Assembly: GCA_003707115.1 (NCBI GenBank)
Contig: PPNB01000003.1
Location: 372,001-436,000 of the forward strand
Direction of reading: 5' to 3'
From: Tortispora ganteri
Lineage: Eukaryota
Length of the DNA: 64,000 nucleotides
Numbering within the stretch: position 1 is the stretch's first letter; every line of letters begins with the position of its first letter. Below are positions 32,201-41,693 of the stretch, in pieces. Below the pieces are notes generated by a model. That model was not told where the DNA came from. It saw only the letters and a program-made list of their open reading frames with translations, and did not search any database. The position numbers were made by a program, and so were the translations under genes.

Positions 32201-33558
32201 ATCATTCCCACATAAAGCCACGGGTTAGTCATTCCGGAAATGTCTATATCAATATGACAGAAGAGGGAAGGAGGACAAAGTGGTAAAACGTTAAGGTTCC
32301 AAGGATGCGTAGAATAGGGCTCCAATGGAAACAGTTCAGGAACTGGGAATCCAGATCCATGTGTAGTTGAGTGGATATCCGCACCATACTCCACTTCAAT
32401 AGATTCAGCTGTAGGATCTTGATTTTCCACCAGTCTCCAAAATTCTGCTTCTATTTCGTCCTCTGTAGGAATTTCAGAAAAGGTGGCGGGTCGTTCTTTT
32501 CTCATTTTTTCGATGTAATTGTTCATAAACTCCGTAGACTTGGATTGAAACTCGCGCAGCGAGTAAACATCACCGTCTTCAAATCCATAATCAGCAGTTC
32601 CTACAACGCAGTCATCACAATACCATTCCTTAGACCTGCTAGGAGAAGGTTGCTTCAAACATGATACGTGGAACAACGATTCGCAATCCGAACATTTGGA
32701 GACAGCATGGCTCGATTCACTTAAAGGTTGATCACACTGCTTGCAAGCAGGACTCATTGTCGCATATTTGAAGCGCTTTACTTTCGGAGAGTCAGGACTT
32801 TGAGAAGGGCTAAGAGATGCATCGCTAGATGCTTTCTCAGTGGTAGAGGCAGAAACATGCGATTCATGCTCACGACGTCGAAGTACTTCAGATTTATTCT
32901 CTTTAAGATAGCAATCATAGGGAAGAATATAGCGTTCATAGAGTCGGCGCATCTGAAAGGGAAATGCGCTAGAATCAGTTTTGGAGAGGCGAAGAATTTG
33001 ACCAATATAGAGCCATTTATCATTGTTATGCACGACGGCTTCATAGCCACCAAAGGAATCAACGCACTTCTTAAGAGTATAAAGATCAATATCCTTACCG
33101 TTATAGCTAGGATGCCGCCGAATACCAGTTCCATTCTGCGCATGGAACTTGTGAAGCTGATCTAGGAAGTTGAGATTGTCTCTAGAGGAAGCTTCGAGGG
33201 TATCAAGTTCTTGTTTGCGGACTTTGAAATTAAAGCGAGAAGAGTCGACAGAGAACGGTGGGCGAAAAGAAGGCGGAGGAACAACTTTTACAATTCCATA
33301 GGATGATCCTACCGAAGATATCATAGAGAAGTAGGTGTAAGGATCAGCAAACTGCTCTTCTGTAGGATAGAAAGTAGGCGCCTCTAGAACGCCTAGTGGC
33401 CTTGGATTCGATGGAGACCTGGGCATGATGTGTTTAGGCGGATCTCCAGGCATTTCAACTGTAGTTAGGTCTAACGGTTCGTATGGAGCATTAGGTGCTC
33501 CATTAATAGTCACATTTAGCGGCTGACCAGAAAGCTGAGTTCTGGATTTGGAGGACAT
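29245..33558 (-). CDS. JHD2: KDM5/JARID1 H3K4 demethylase (JmjN-ARID-PHD-JmjC-C5HC2-PLU1-PHD)
   Basis: APTFYPT (JmjN), IDLY.L (ARID), PHD fingers, EYGADIHS, FCWHVEDH and YHAGFN intact Fe ligands. Long Lid2/KdmB-type architecture. Confidence 0.9.
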   Translation of the reverse strand: MSSKSRTQLSGQPLNVTINGAPNAPYEPLDLTTVEMPGDPPKHIMPRSPSNPRPLGVLEAPTFYPTEEQFADPYTYFSMISSVGSSYGIVKVVPPPSFRPPFSVDSSRFNFKVRKQELDTLEASSRDNLNFLDQLHKFHAQNGTGIRRHPSYNGKDIDLYTLKKCVDSFGGYEAVVHNNDKWLYIGQILRLSKTDSSAFPFQMRRLYERYILPYDCYLKENKSEVLRRREHESHVSASTTEKASSDASLSPSQSPDSPKVKRFKYATMSPACKQCDQPLSESSHAVSKCSDCESLFHVSCLKQPSPSRSKEWYCDDCVVGTADYGFEDGDVYSLREFQSKSTEFMNNYIEKMRKERPATFSEIPTEDEIEAEFWRLVENQDPTAESIEVEYGADIHSTTHGSGFPVPELFPLEPYSTHPWNLNVLPLCPPSLFCHIDIDISGMTNPWLYVGMMFSTFCWHVEDHMCYSANYQHFGATKTWYGIPASDADKFENLLKTSYPELFERQPDLLFQLVTLASPRQLLRNGTKCYAVNQRPGEFVITFPRAYHAGFNQGFNFNEAVNFAPYDWEPFGAYSVQLYKSYAKQNVFCHSKLLLECYYQDKSIETMTWLAPALKVCIDTEMRWRVPFGRKYPTLIPIIIGKNNLLFDEVSCSVCNYWCYLSFVDLAGTKYCLEHALKKLSNMTDISSDVYWYIRMTDEELMDIQSSAAAIANQPREWVMDFRRTMASSGRIPLKKLKTILAAGEKIPIFIPEVATLRIFVDRANAYTENVINFLSRKLFNRRKNERAWRQPSNRDSPDDSSHSTATYTLTDIENMVTEYEHMSVEIPEFEQLLSRLEDIRRLRQDAIAALNSTDLTRDEISSIVEECRSNGVDLEEARLLKVRLERLDWFSSIKQVVPKRMTVQTFCALIENGKKYGVEEDNNDMKRLLDIYNTFLAWKEQVEELKMGNWTFNQIDELLSQAEDLPTDTTALDLLRRIVDVGERTGYTFADIRNGLCELDFEKRPLYDDVRIFVENLKDHVFASAGIWTLKSEIKAVETWERKGRSVFPRLLGSSSHSAIDNAILKVLTDLERCLDTKDFEIEEHPPNFKLLPRQSPTETAAASLETSDNDAIVLSKTCNFVTDEGSSVPQMHSETSKSIFCICANPDYGFMVECDICHEWYHVKCVGTTRKEVQARRGSFQCPVCDWRMDSQRGPKSPTYDFIRSWYQEMLTLRCRPSAASLLNKLFFSSESSVITIRNAIKDATAKSDLTKAKLILRRMLGCGVFFIPEFNEVRLLIHELSKGTDIPMPLVNEGGIAYYQVLPIRSESTCVNDLSNDKPHTVSLSVNDIQSQGKNCSNSVLRIDYLANSSSESITAPQQLNGFLSPAEHAKERVENALKLPLQDTTCLATDGDSMSPVNINKISVPSLNDTFVTPLNEFNDWKYHNHEPQGGCK

Positions 33559-33915
33559 AGTGGAAAATTCAGTCTTAGCTGACGCAAAAAGACTCTCGAA
33601 CTATGTAGTTGGCACTCTGGCCTCAGTACTTTACGATAGGTCTTTGTTTTTGCAAAGAGACAAAATTAACAGTAGAGAGTTTCCGTAATCCTAAAGTCGC
33701 AAAAACGCAGCAATTGCGACTAATAAATCACAAACTGCGGTGACAGGTGTATAGCAGATATATCGTAAGTATCTCAAACAGCTAAGTTGAAATGAAAGGC
33801 CGAAACTCTAATATGATTACCCGGACTGGAAACTAATTAGATGCTTAATCGGGTACACTTTAAACATCAATAATATAAAAGACCTTCATATTAATATACA
33901 CGTAAACAGAAGTAA

Positions 33916-34845
33916 ATGCCTATATCTACATCTAAAATACCGTCGCCATCTCAGATTCCCCCTTTTTACTGCTGCTATTTATTGCAGTCAGATAAGAAAA
34001 GTAAATCTTTTTATATAGGATCAACACCTGATCCATACCGTCGATTGCGACAACATAATGGCGACTTGAAATCTGGAGGAGCGAAGAAAACACATAAAGA
34101 CACATCCAGACCCTGGAACATGATATGCTTAGTTTCTGGATTTCCATCAAAGATCTCAGCCTTACAGTTTGAACGCGCTTGGCAACACCCTGTGAATTCA
34201 AAGCACATAGCACGAGACCACACTGACATGCTGTCGCTTAAATCCATTGGCTCGCGATCCAAAACTGCAAGGATATCGTCTCTTGATAAACACTTAGCTG
34301 TTCTTCGTGCATTATGTGTACACACATCTCACTACAGGCTTAAATTAGATGTCACGTTTATAGACCAGACAGCTGCTGAAGTGTGGCACAAAAACAAATT
34401 CAAGTTGCCTAACATCCCGCTACACCACTCCCTCATTGATGCTTTCTCTATTGAGCCAGTGCAAGAAGAGTATAGACAAGCTCATGGAACCACACTTAAT
34501 GCATTAAAAAAATTGAGGGAAAAAGACAACCAATATCAGAAAATTTACGATATTACAGATGAACGCCTAGCGGCATGTGTCGCTCCTATATGTGGCATAT
34601 GCACCGAGAAAATCAACTTTCCCGCACAAGAAGCATTGGTTTGCTACAATAACTGTGGTTCGATCTGGCATACAGAATGCATTGCCAACCAGCTTCTGGG
34701 TGAAGGATCCAGTAATATTATACCGACAAGAGGCCAATGTCCTACATGCACAGGAATACTGATCTGGTCTGATATGGCAAGAGATCTATCTAGGCGAATA
34801 GGTGAGCATATTATAGAGTCCGAAACGGACCATTCAGAAGCTTAA
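33916..34845 (+). CDS. SLX1: Structure-specific endonuclease (GIY-YIG + RING)
   Basis: CYLL..., YIGSTPDPYRRLRQHNG, RPW, ALQFE.AWQHP; C-terminal Cys/His finger. Confidence 0.95.
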   Translation: MPISTSKIPSPSQIPPFYCCYLLQSDKKSKSFYIGSTPDPYRRLRQHNGDLKSGGAKKTHKDTSRPWNMICLVSGFPSKISALQFERAWQHPVNSKHIARDHTDMLSLKSIGSRSKTARISSLDKHLAVLRALCVHTSHYRLKLDVTFIDQTAAEVWHKNKFKLPNIPLHHSLIDAFSIEPVQEEYRQAHGTTLNALKKLREKDNQYQKIYDITDERLAACVAPICGICTEKINFPAQEALVCYNNCGSIWHTECIANQLLGEGSSNIIPTRGQCPTCTGILIWSDMARDLSRRIGEHIIESETDHSEA

Positions 34846-34877
34846 ATCATGAAGGTCTTTCAAAAAGATAAAATAAA

Positions 34878-37721
34878 CTAAAAAATATTTATTTCCCAGT
34901 TTCCACCGGCTGAAACTCTAGGGTTTCGGATTATTATCTCAGAGGCTGCCGATGATGAGCCTTTACTGTTGATGATGATTTCCGCTGTTGACTCTTCTCC
35001 GTTCTCTTTTATGAGAGCTTTTGAGCTCAGATTGGTAGTATCAAGTCCAACAACTATAATTTTTTCAATAACGAGCTCTTTTATAGAATCAAGGAACTTG
35101 AAATTCTGTTCATGGCCCTCCACATCTTGAGAAGTCAATCGTCCTCCTTTAAACAGCAAATCTTTGTAAGCATACATTCCCTTTTGATACTCATACGATT
35201 TGAAATCATCAATGTAGTGCTTTCCTTCAGCTTCATAGTTTTCGTCGACGTACACCACCAAAGTGAAAGGATCGAATTTTGTCAATTCCAGTGATCGGCG
35301 TTCTCTGTGCCTTTGCGGAATAATGTTGCCGCCACGAGCAAATATAGGAATCTTCTCTAACGGTGTCTGTACTTTAATCTTCGCAGGTCCTTGGAAAACC
35401 TCTTGTGTATCAAAATCGTAGTAGATGTGTGCGTCTGGAAGGGTGACTTGCACTTCAGTTGCGTTCTCTTCGGTAACGGGACGCACCAATAGGCCAGTAT
35501 CACCAAGGACGAAGTGATCTTCTATTCCGAATATATCTTCAGCTTCCGGGTATTCAACAAACAAGGGCCTCAAAATAGGCATTCCTTCAGTATGAGCACG
35601 GAAAAATGCTGTGTAAGCAGCTGGGGAAAATGTGTAGCGAAGATTCACCGCATCGCGCATCAATGACAAATAAGGCTCATCATATAAATAAGGCTCACGT
35701 CTCTTTGTGTCAATATGTGCATGAGCACGGAAAAATGGATAAAACACAGCAGCTTGATACCATCTTGTGAGAAGTTCAGGGGACGGGTTATCAAAAAAGC
35801 CACCTACGTCAACTCCGCAGAAAGGCATACCGGCAATTCCGTTCGTAAGTAGCATTGGAATAGAGACTTTCAAGAAATCCCAGGTTGCTGCATTGTCACC
35901 GGTCCACATGGGACCATATCTTTGCGAGCCAGAAAAATAAGAGCGGGTCAAAATGAATGGTCGAAGTGTGCCTTTATGGCGGGCAATGAGAGCATCGTAA
36001 GTAGACGAGTGGTATGCCATGCCAAATATATTATGTACATCGCGGTGCTCCCATCCACCATAATGAATAGCATCACGAGGAGCAGTTGTTTCCGCTCCTT
36101 CAAATACCGAAGGCTCATTCATATCGTTCCAAAACCAAATATTTAAAGCATTTCCGGCGAAATCTCCACCTAATGCGTGAAGTTCCGTCCAATACTTTCG
36201 CTCGTCAGGATTAAATGGGTCAACCCATACGGAATGGCCAGACCAGCATTCACCTTCAAATTGTTCGCCAGCACCGTTGCGGAGGTATGTTCCCGTTTCC
36301 TTTAGATGCTTGTAGACAAAATAATCATCATCAATCTTTATATGAGGGTCAATAATTGTTACAAGTTTTCTTTTGCTTTTTTCAAGTTCAGCCAACATGT
36401 TTTGCGGATGAGGGAAGTTTGAAGGGTTCCAAGTGAAGTACTTGACCTGGTCCGTATAGGCAATATCGAGCCATAAAACATCTACCGGAATGTCATGCTC
36501 ATCGAATTTTGCAGATACTTCCAGAACATCTTCTTCACTGTTGTAATTCCATCTACATTGGTGATAACCAATGGCAGAAAGCTGTGGCATAAGAGTTCCA
36601 CCAGTGAGAGAAGAGTGCTGACGGTACACGTCTTGAGGAGTGGGTCCTAGGAAGACAAATAGGTCAAGAATACCAGCTTCAGAGATCCAGTGAGTTAAAG
36701 TGGACTGTTTACTCGCAGATAATATTTTCTGCTTGTCGGAATCTGAACCTGCTTTGGAAGACATGCGCGAGATATCAACCCAAGTATCTGCACCGTTGAG
36801 CCAGAGAATACCAACCGAAGCGCCTTTGCGATGCGCTTGCATGAAAGGTATAGCACCGTATGTAGACATTGTACTATTAACTTCATACTCAAAAATATCG
36901 ACGTTAAATAAATGATAAGGATCAGGGTGCTCACCTTGTTCACCAGTGCTGCGAAGGTTAAGACTGTCAGCATGTTCAGGGATACCATACACATGCGAAA
37001 ACCCCTTAAAGGTAATATCCAAAGCCACTGATTCAGGACCGCGTGTTTTAGAATCAGTAAAACCACCAAAAGACTCTTCCCATTTGCCAGTATCCGACTC
37101 GTAAAGTCCGGCATTTGGATCAGGCTCTGAAGTGTTAGAAGGCCTAGGTCTCCAATGCTCCATATTGAAGAAACCGTTTTCGTTCAGGACTATTTGGATA
37201 TCGCCATTAACAGCAAATGAAATTTCGAACGGCTCAAAATTAACTGTAGCAGTAAAGGAATGATTAGGACCGTACTCGATAAGCAGTTTAGAGTCTGAAG
37301 GCACAAACTTAGCGGATGTATCAGGTAAAAGCTTGTCAGAGACAAGGGCCCAGTCTGCAGCTTTGTCGTAACGTTCTTTTCGCACTATATCGGCCGATTG
37401 TGCGCTTGAAAGTTCTATATTTTTGTCCAATCGGGTTTGCTCGTCGATTTGAATACGGAACTGACCGTCTTTGAGAGTTGAAAGAGTGAGAGGGAACTGA
37501 GCAGGCGAGCCATTAGGGAGCTGCTTTAAAAGAGTGGCATATAACGCACCACTTTCAAAATTATAAGATTTAGAATCTAAGTGGTAAGGTGATTGTTCAA
37601 CATGAGAGGCGTAATAACGATTTCTATTGCAGAAACCAGATTGGTCACAAGTCTTGAATAGATACCGTTTCGCAGCCAAGCAGTACGGTATCCAGGCTAG
37701 TACCAAGTACACAAGAAGCAT
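34878..37721 (-). CDS. ROT2: Glucosidase II alpha subunit (GH31)
   Basis: Signal peptide, FKTCDQSGFC.RNR, GYHQCRWNY, WNDMNEPSVF, WTGDN, HAHIDTKRREP. Confidence 0.95.
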   Translation of the reverse strand: MLLVYLVLAWIPYCLAAKRYLFKTCDQSGFCNRNRYYASHVEQSPYHLDSKSYNFESGALYATLLKQLPNGSPAQFPLTLSTLKDGQFRIQIDEQTRLDKNIELSSAQSADIVRKERYDKAADWALVSDKLLPDTSAKFVPSDSKLLIEYGPNHSFTATVNFEPFEISFAVNGDIQIVLNENGFFNMEHWRPRPSNTSEPDPNAGLYESDTGKWEESFGGFTDSKTRGPESVALDITFKGFSHVYGIPEHADSLNLRSTGEQGEHPDPYHLFNVDIFEYEVNSTMSTYGAIPFMQAHRKGASVGILWLNGADTWVDISRMSSKAGSDSDKQKILSASKQSTLTHWISEAGILDLFVFLGPTPQDVYRQHSSLTGGTLMPQLSAIGYHQCRWNYNSEEDVLEVSAKFDEHDIPVDVLWLDIAYTDQVKYFTWNPSNFPHPQNMLAELEKSKRKLVTIIDPHIKIDDDYFVYKHLKETGTYLRNGAGEQFEGECWSGHSVWVDPFNPDERKYWTELHALGGDFAGNALNIWFWNDMNEPSVFEGAETTAPRDAIHYGGWEHRDVHNIFGMAYHSSTYDALIARHKGTLRPFILTRSYFSGSQRYGPMWTGDNAATWDFLKVSIPMLLTNGIAGMPFCGVDVGGFFDNPSPELLTRWYQAAVFYPFFRAHAHIDTKRREPYLYDEPYLSLMRDAVNLRYTFSPAAYTAFFRAHTEGMPILRPLFVEYPEAEDIFGIEDHFVLGDTGLLVRPVTEENATEVQVTLPDAHIYYDFDTQEVFQGPAKIKVQTPLEKIPIFARGGNIIPQRHRERRSLELTKFDPFTLVVYVDENYEAEGKHYIDDFKSYEYQKGMYAYKDLLFKGGRLTSQDVEGHEQNFKFLDSIKELVIEKIIVVGLDTTNLSSKALIKENGEESTAEIIINSKGSSSAASEIIIRNPRVSAGGNWEINIF

Positions 37722-38032
37722 TGCGCAATAACCTCCCCAGCAAGGTCAATTATTATTTATAAAAACCGTAACTGATTTCGCAAAGATGGTTAGATACGAA
37801 ACGCAGGGGGGAAATCACTTGTTTAAAAACAGATTTGCTGTCACCTTTTGAAGTTCTAAACAGGGATCTCTAAATTCTTTACTCCGGGTAACCACTATTA
37901 TGCACAATAAAACATTAAGGGGGATATAGTTAAACAGTAACTGAAACGCGTTATCTTCCACCTTGAGGACCGTTTGCCTTTATTCTCCCCTCCAAAAGAA
38001 AGGAAATAAGGTAGCAAAAGTCTAAGCCCATT

Positions 38033-38644
38033 ATGAATTTCTTTGCACTTGTTCTGATTAGTTTAGCAGCTATTGTGAACGGCCTTGTTTATAAAGTGCC
38101 GGCCAATGACGACGCATGCTTCTACACGCAAGTAGAACGAGCTTCTTCAAAGGTATCATTTTATTTTGCTGTTCAAAAAGGTGGTTCATTTGATATCGAT
38201 TACAGTGTTACAGACCCTTTAGGTAATGTGCTTTATGACGGGACTAAAGAAAGACAAGCGGACTTTGTTTTTACGGCCTCTACCCCAGGTGAATACAAAT
38301 TCTGCTTCGCCAACCAAATGTCCACCGTCTCCGAGAAGATAGTGGAGTTCGAACTTACCGTGGAAGATGAAGCCAAGGCAAGCATTCCTTACAAAACTTC
38401 ATACGATGAACATAATTCAATGGAAGGAATGATCGAATCTATCAGCTCCAAACTTGGCAGTATCATAAGGCTACAAAAATACTTTAAAACGCGTGAAAGT
38501 CGCAACTTCGCTACTGTCAAATCTACCGAAACGCGAATCTTTTGGTTTTCGATCAGCGAAGTCTTTGTGATGATCTCAATGGGTCTCGCCCAAGTCTACA
38601 TTGTCCAACATTTCTTCAAAGGTTCAAGAAAGACCGCTGTTTAA
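38033..38644 (+). CDS. ERP3: p24/EMP24-GOLD cargo receptor, Erp3-like
   Basis: Signal peptide, FYFAVQKGGSFDIDY, GEYKFCF.N, coiled coil, TM and FF tail. Confidence 0.82.
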   Translation: MNFFALVLISLAAIVNGLVYKVPANDDACFYTQVERASSKVSFYFAVQKGGSFDIDYSVTDPLGNVLYDGTKERQADFVFTASTPGEYKFCFANQMSTVSEKIVEFELTVEDEAKASIPYKTSYDEHNSMEGMIESISSKLGSIIRLQKYFKTRESRNFATVKSTETRIFWFSISEVFVMISMGLAQVYIVQHFFKGSRKTAV

Positions 38645-38926
38645 TGCATCCGACGATTACTGTAGTTCTCTTAAGAAAAATCCCTTACTTTCTCAAAGTT
38701 AATAATGAGAGAGAAAACGCACTACTAAAATAAAAGCAAAGTATCCGTTATATTCCTAATCTATCTAAACAGCACAGTTATACTTCTCCTGAGTGTATAA
38801 AAAATCATTATACATCAGTAAATAGCCACAGAAAAAAGGCGTGCATTATTACCAGAATCTTTGTAGCAAACAATGCACACTGCAAAAACAAAACAAGACG
38901 CTCATTTCTTTATTAGAGCACTGAAA

Positions 38927-40132
38927 TTATCTTCTAACTGTTCCTCGGCCCGCTGAGCCAAGTTGGAGAAGCTCAATTTCTTGTTCAAGTTTCTTATTGA
39001 TAGCATGTGCTTCTTCAAGATCGGAATTAAGACGATCTCGCTCCGCAATGAGCCGCTTTTCCCACTGGCGGAATCTCTGCTCCTCCTGTTTCACCTGTAG
39101 AGTAAAACGTTCACGCAGCATGCGCTCTTCCTCGCGAAATTTGGGATTATCTGCTTTTCGTGGACGGGCTTCACCTGGTTTGCGAGTCTCCATCTGCTTG
39201 GCGCGGAACTTCTCAAAATGAATGTCTTCTGTAGTTTTGATTAAGTCAAGCATATGTGTGCGCATTAGAATGCTTCTAAGAGCTTTAAAATCGGAGTGAG
39301 ACTCGTTCTCAACCTCAACTACACCCCAAGGGTACTTACGGCCTTTAACAATTCGGCCATCTGGAGTTTGTACATCCTTTTCAGAACCAATAACTGCAAA
39401 AGGAATGGAACTCAACAAAGAGTGTGTGGCTTCAGAGTTTTCGTCGTCGTCAATAGGAGGGGTATAAATGTTAATATTTTGAACGTCTATAACATCACGG
39501 ACGTGGTTCTTAAACTTCTCTAATGCGACGGTAGACAAAGTATCGGCTTTAGCAATCACTGGTATTAAATTGACACGAGTACCAAGTTCTTTCATGCACA
39601 ACACGTCTAGTGGTTTGAGTACGTGGCCGGTTGGCCTGATGAAATATAAGCATGCATGTACACGTAAATCAAGCTTCTCGTCACGTTTTGGTTGTTGTTC
39701 CTGCAACATGTAGCTCTCGTGCTGGTCATCAATAAACTCTGCAATAGGCGCCCACGCATCGTTATTGTTCACGAAATCGCCGAACCCAGGAGTATCAATG
39801 ACGGTTAGTCGGAGCTTGAAACCTTTCTCTTCCAGCTCAGCCTTAGTAATCTCGATGTCAACAGTTTTGTCGGCCTGCTTCTGGTGTCTTTTACGGTGAT
39901 TCATATAAGGCTTGATTGTAGTAGAAAAAAGAGTGTTAATAAATGTGGTTTTACCTAGCCCACTCTCTCCAGCAACCATAAGAGTGAAATTGGCGCCCTC
40001 ACGCGCAACTAAATCATGGCTATGAAAGCGTTAGCTATCTGCAAACAATATAGGAGACCATCCTAGTAATAGAATATACAGCGTTACTTACCGTTGTTTT
40101 GGAAGATTAGAAATTCCAATAGCAGAAGGCAT
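38927..40132 (-). CDS. CDC12: Septin Cdc12; 2 exons (40132-40092, 40019-38927)
   Basis: Spliced IGISNLPKQR-HDLVAREGANFTLMVAGESGLGKT; DTPGFGD, AKAD; C-terminal coiled coil. 72-nt intron GTAAGT...GCTAAC...TAG at 40020-40091. Confidence 0.92.
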
Positions 40133-40369
40133 TTTGAAAATCAGGAGGCTATTCTGAATATAAGAAAGCGTGCTTTTGGGGGCAGTTTCAAGGGGGGTTG
40201 GGTGTAAGGAAGTACGTGCGTGTTTTGGAAGCCAGGTGGGGCTCAGAAACACCGTGCAATGTAAGTTACCCGGATAAATATGCCATAGCAACTAAGTATA
40301 CCAGACAAATTATCGACGCTTTCTTTATTCTCGAGGGTCCGACCTGCTTTCAGAGTACAAATACACGCA

Positions 40370-41629
40370 ATGCTAGGTTCGTTGCTACTTCAGAGTAGAC
40401 AAATCCGCCATGTCTCTAGCATATCGCGAAGTAGCCTTTTTTTTATTACGAGTCGAGGTGCCAAAATTGCAGCCAAACCGGTTCAAGTAAAACCAACTCC
40501 TAAGAGATCATCATCATATGCTCCGAACGACTTAAAATCCGTTGTCGAGTCGCGTTTGCGACCTGCAATGTATCCCTCTTCTTTCATTGTGGAGATTGAT
40601 GCCCAAGAAGTGAAGAACGCTGATCTATCTGGGCCTGTCGTTTCTTTCGACACCGCTTTGGACAGGTTCAAGGCTCTGCTACTACCTTTACAAATACGTA
40701 ACTGGATTCGAAAATTAGTATATGACCCCAAACGTGCTACTCAACTAGTCCTTATGCAGCCGCTAGATCGCAACAATAATCCATATCCTTCGCTTCCCGA
40801 TCCGGGTATGTTTACGTACGAGCTCGCAGACCAGCTGGTCTCGCATATATCGTCCTCGGAACAACTGGAGATTGTCCTGAAATACTTTGCCGAGGCTCGA
40901 AGGCAAGGATTTGAAGTTGTATCGTTCGATACCACTAGAAATTTATTTTTTAAAGCATTTGAATTGAATAAACTGAAAAGATTCAACGAAGTACTTTCAA
41001 AGCCTGGGTTTTACGGCGTCCGTCTAGATGAAGCGGTCTTGTTTAGTATATTGAGGGTATGGATTATTGACGCGCAAGAGACTATTTCATATAGTACTGC
41101 TCCGAGACCCTACTTATGGACTAAAAAATGCAAGAGTTATTATTACGACAGAAAGAAACCTGACCAGTCTGTCACGAACGCTGCGCTGCTGAAACCACTG
41201 GTTATTTCAGGTCTTATTTCTCATTACAAATATGGAATTCGAAGCCAAAACAAAGAATCTTCATTAAAGCAAATCCGTTCCACTCTTAAGACTATGCAAG
41301 AGAATTCTGAATGGAAGGAATGGTTACAAACTAAGCCCTGCAAAGATATCGAAACCCTGACCGACTTGAAACTGGTGGTAGCAGGCCTTGAGGAATGTCT
41401 TAGCTCAGATGCTTTTAGTACTGAAACAAATTTCATAACTGAGACTCTTAACACACTAAAAAGTGATGTTATACCTGAAGCTGAAGCAAAACTAGATCTT
41501 TCCTCTGATGTTGGATCGAGACTGGATTTGAACGCTGATCGTGTCAAAGAAATTGCTCGGCGAAACGCTGCAATGCAAAACGATAACACTAATGAGTCTG
41601 TTGTACAGGAAAATTCAGTAGATGCCTAA
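40370..41629 (+). CDS. Hypothetical protein, probably mitochondrial
   Basis: 419-aa ORF; Arg/Ser-rich, acid-free N-terminus typical of a presequence; helical body. Confidence 0.7.
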   Translation: MLGSLLLQSRQIRHVSSISRSSLFFITSRGAKIAAKPVQVKPTPKRSSSYAPNDLKSVVESRLRPAMYPSSFIVEIDAQEVKNADLSGPVVSFDTALDRFKALLLPLQIRNWIRKLVYDPKRATQLVLMQPLDRNNNPYPSLPDPGMFTYELADQLVSHISSSEQLEIVLKYFAEARRQGFEVVSFDTTRNLFFKAFELNKLKRFNEVLSKPGFYGVRLDEAVLFSILRVWIIDAQETISYSTAPRPYLWTKKCKSYYYDRKKPDQSVTNAALLKPLVISGLISHYKYGIRSQNKESSLKQIRSTLKTMQENSEWKEWLQTKPCKDIETLTDLKLVVAGLEECLSSDAFSTETNFITETLNTLKSDVIPEAEAKLDLSSDVGSRLDLNADRVKEIARRNAAMQNDNTNESVVQENSVDA

Positions 41630-41693
41630 GTCTACTTTTCTATATACGATTATGGCATACTTCTTGAAATCCTTTCTAATCTATTGTAAATAT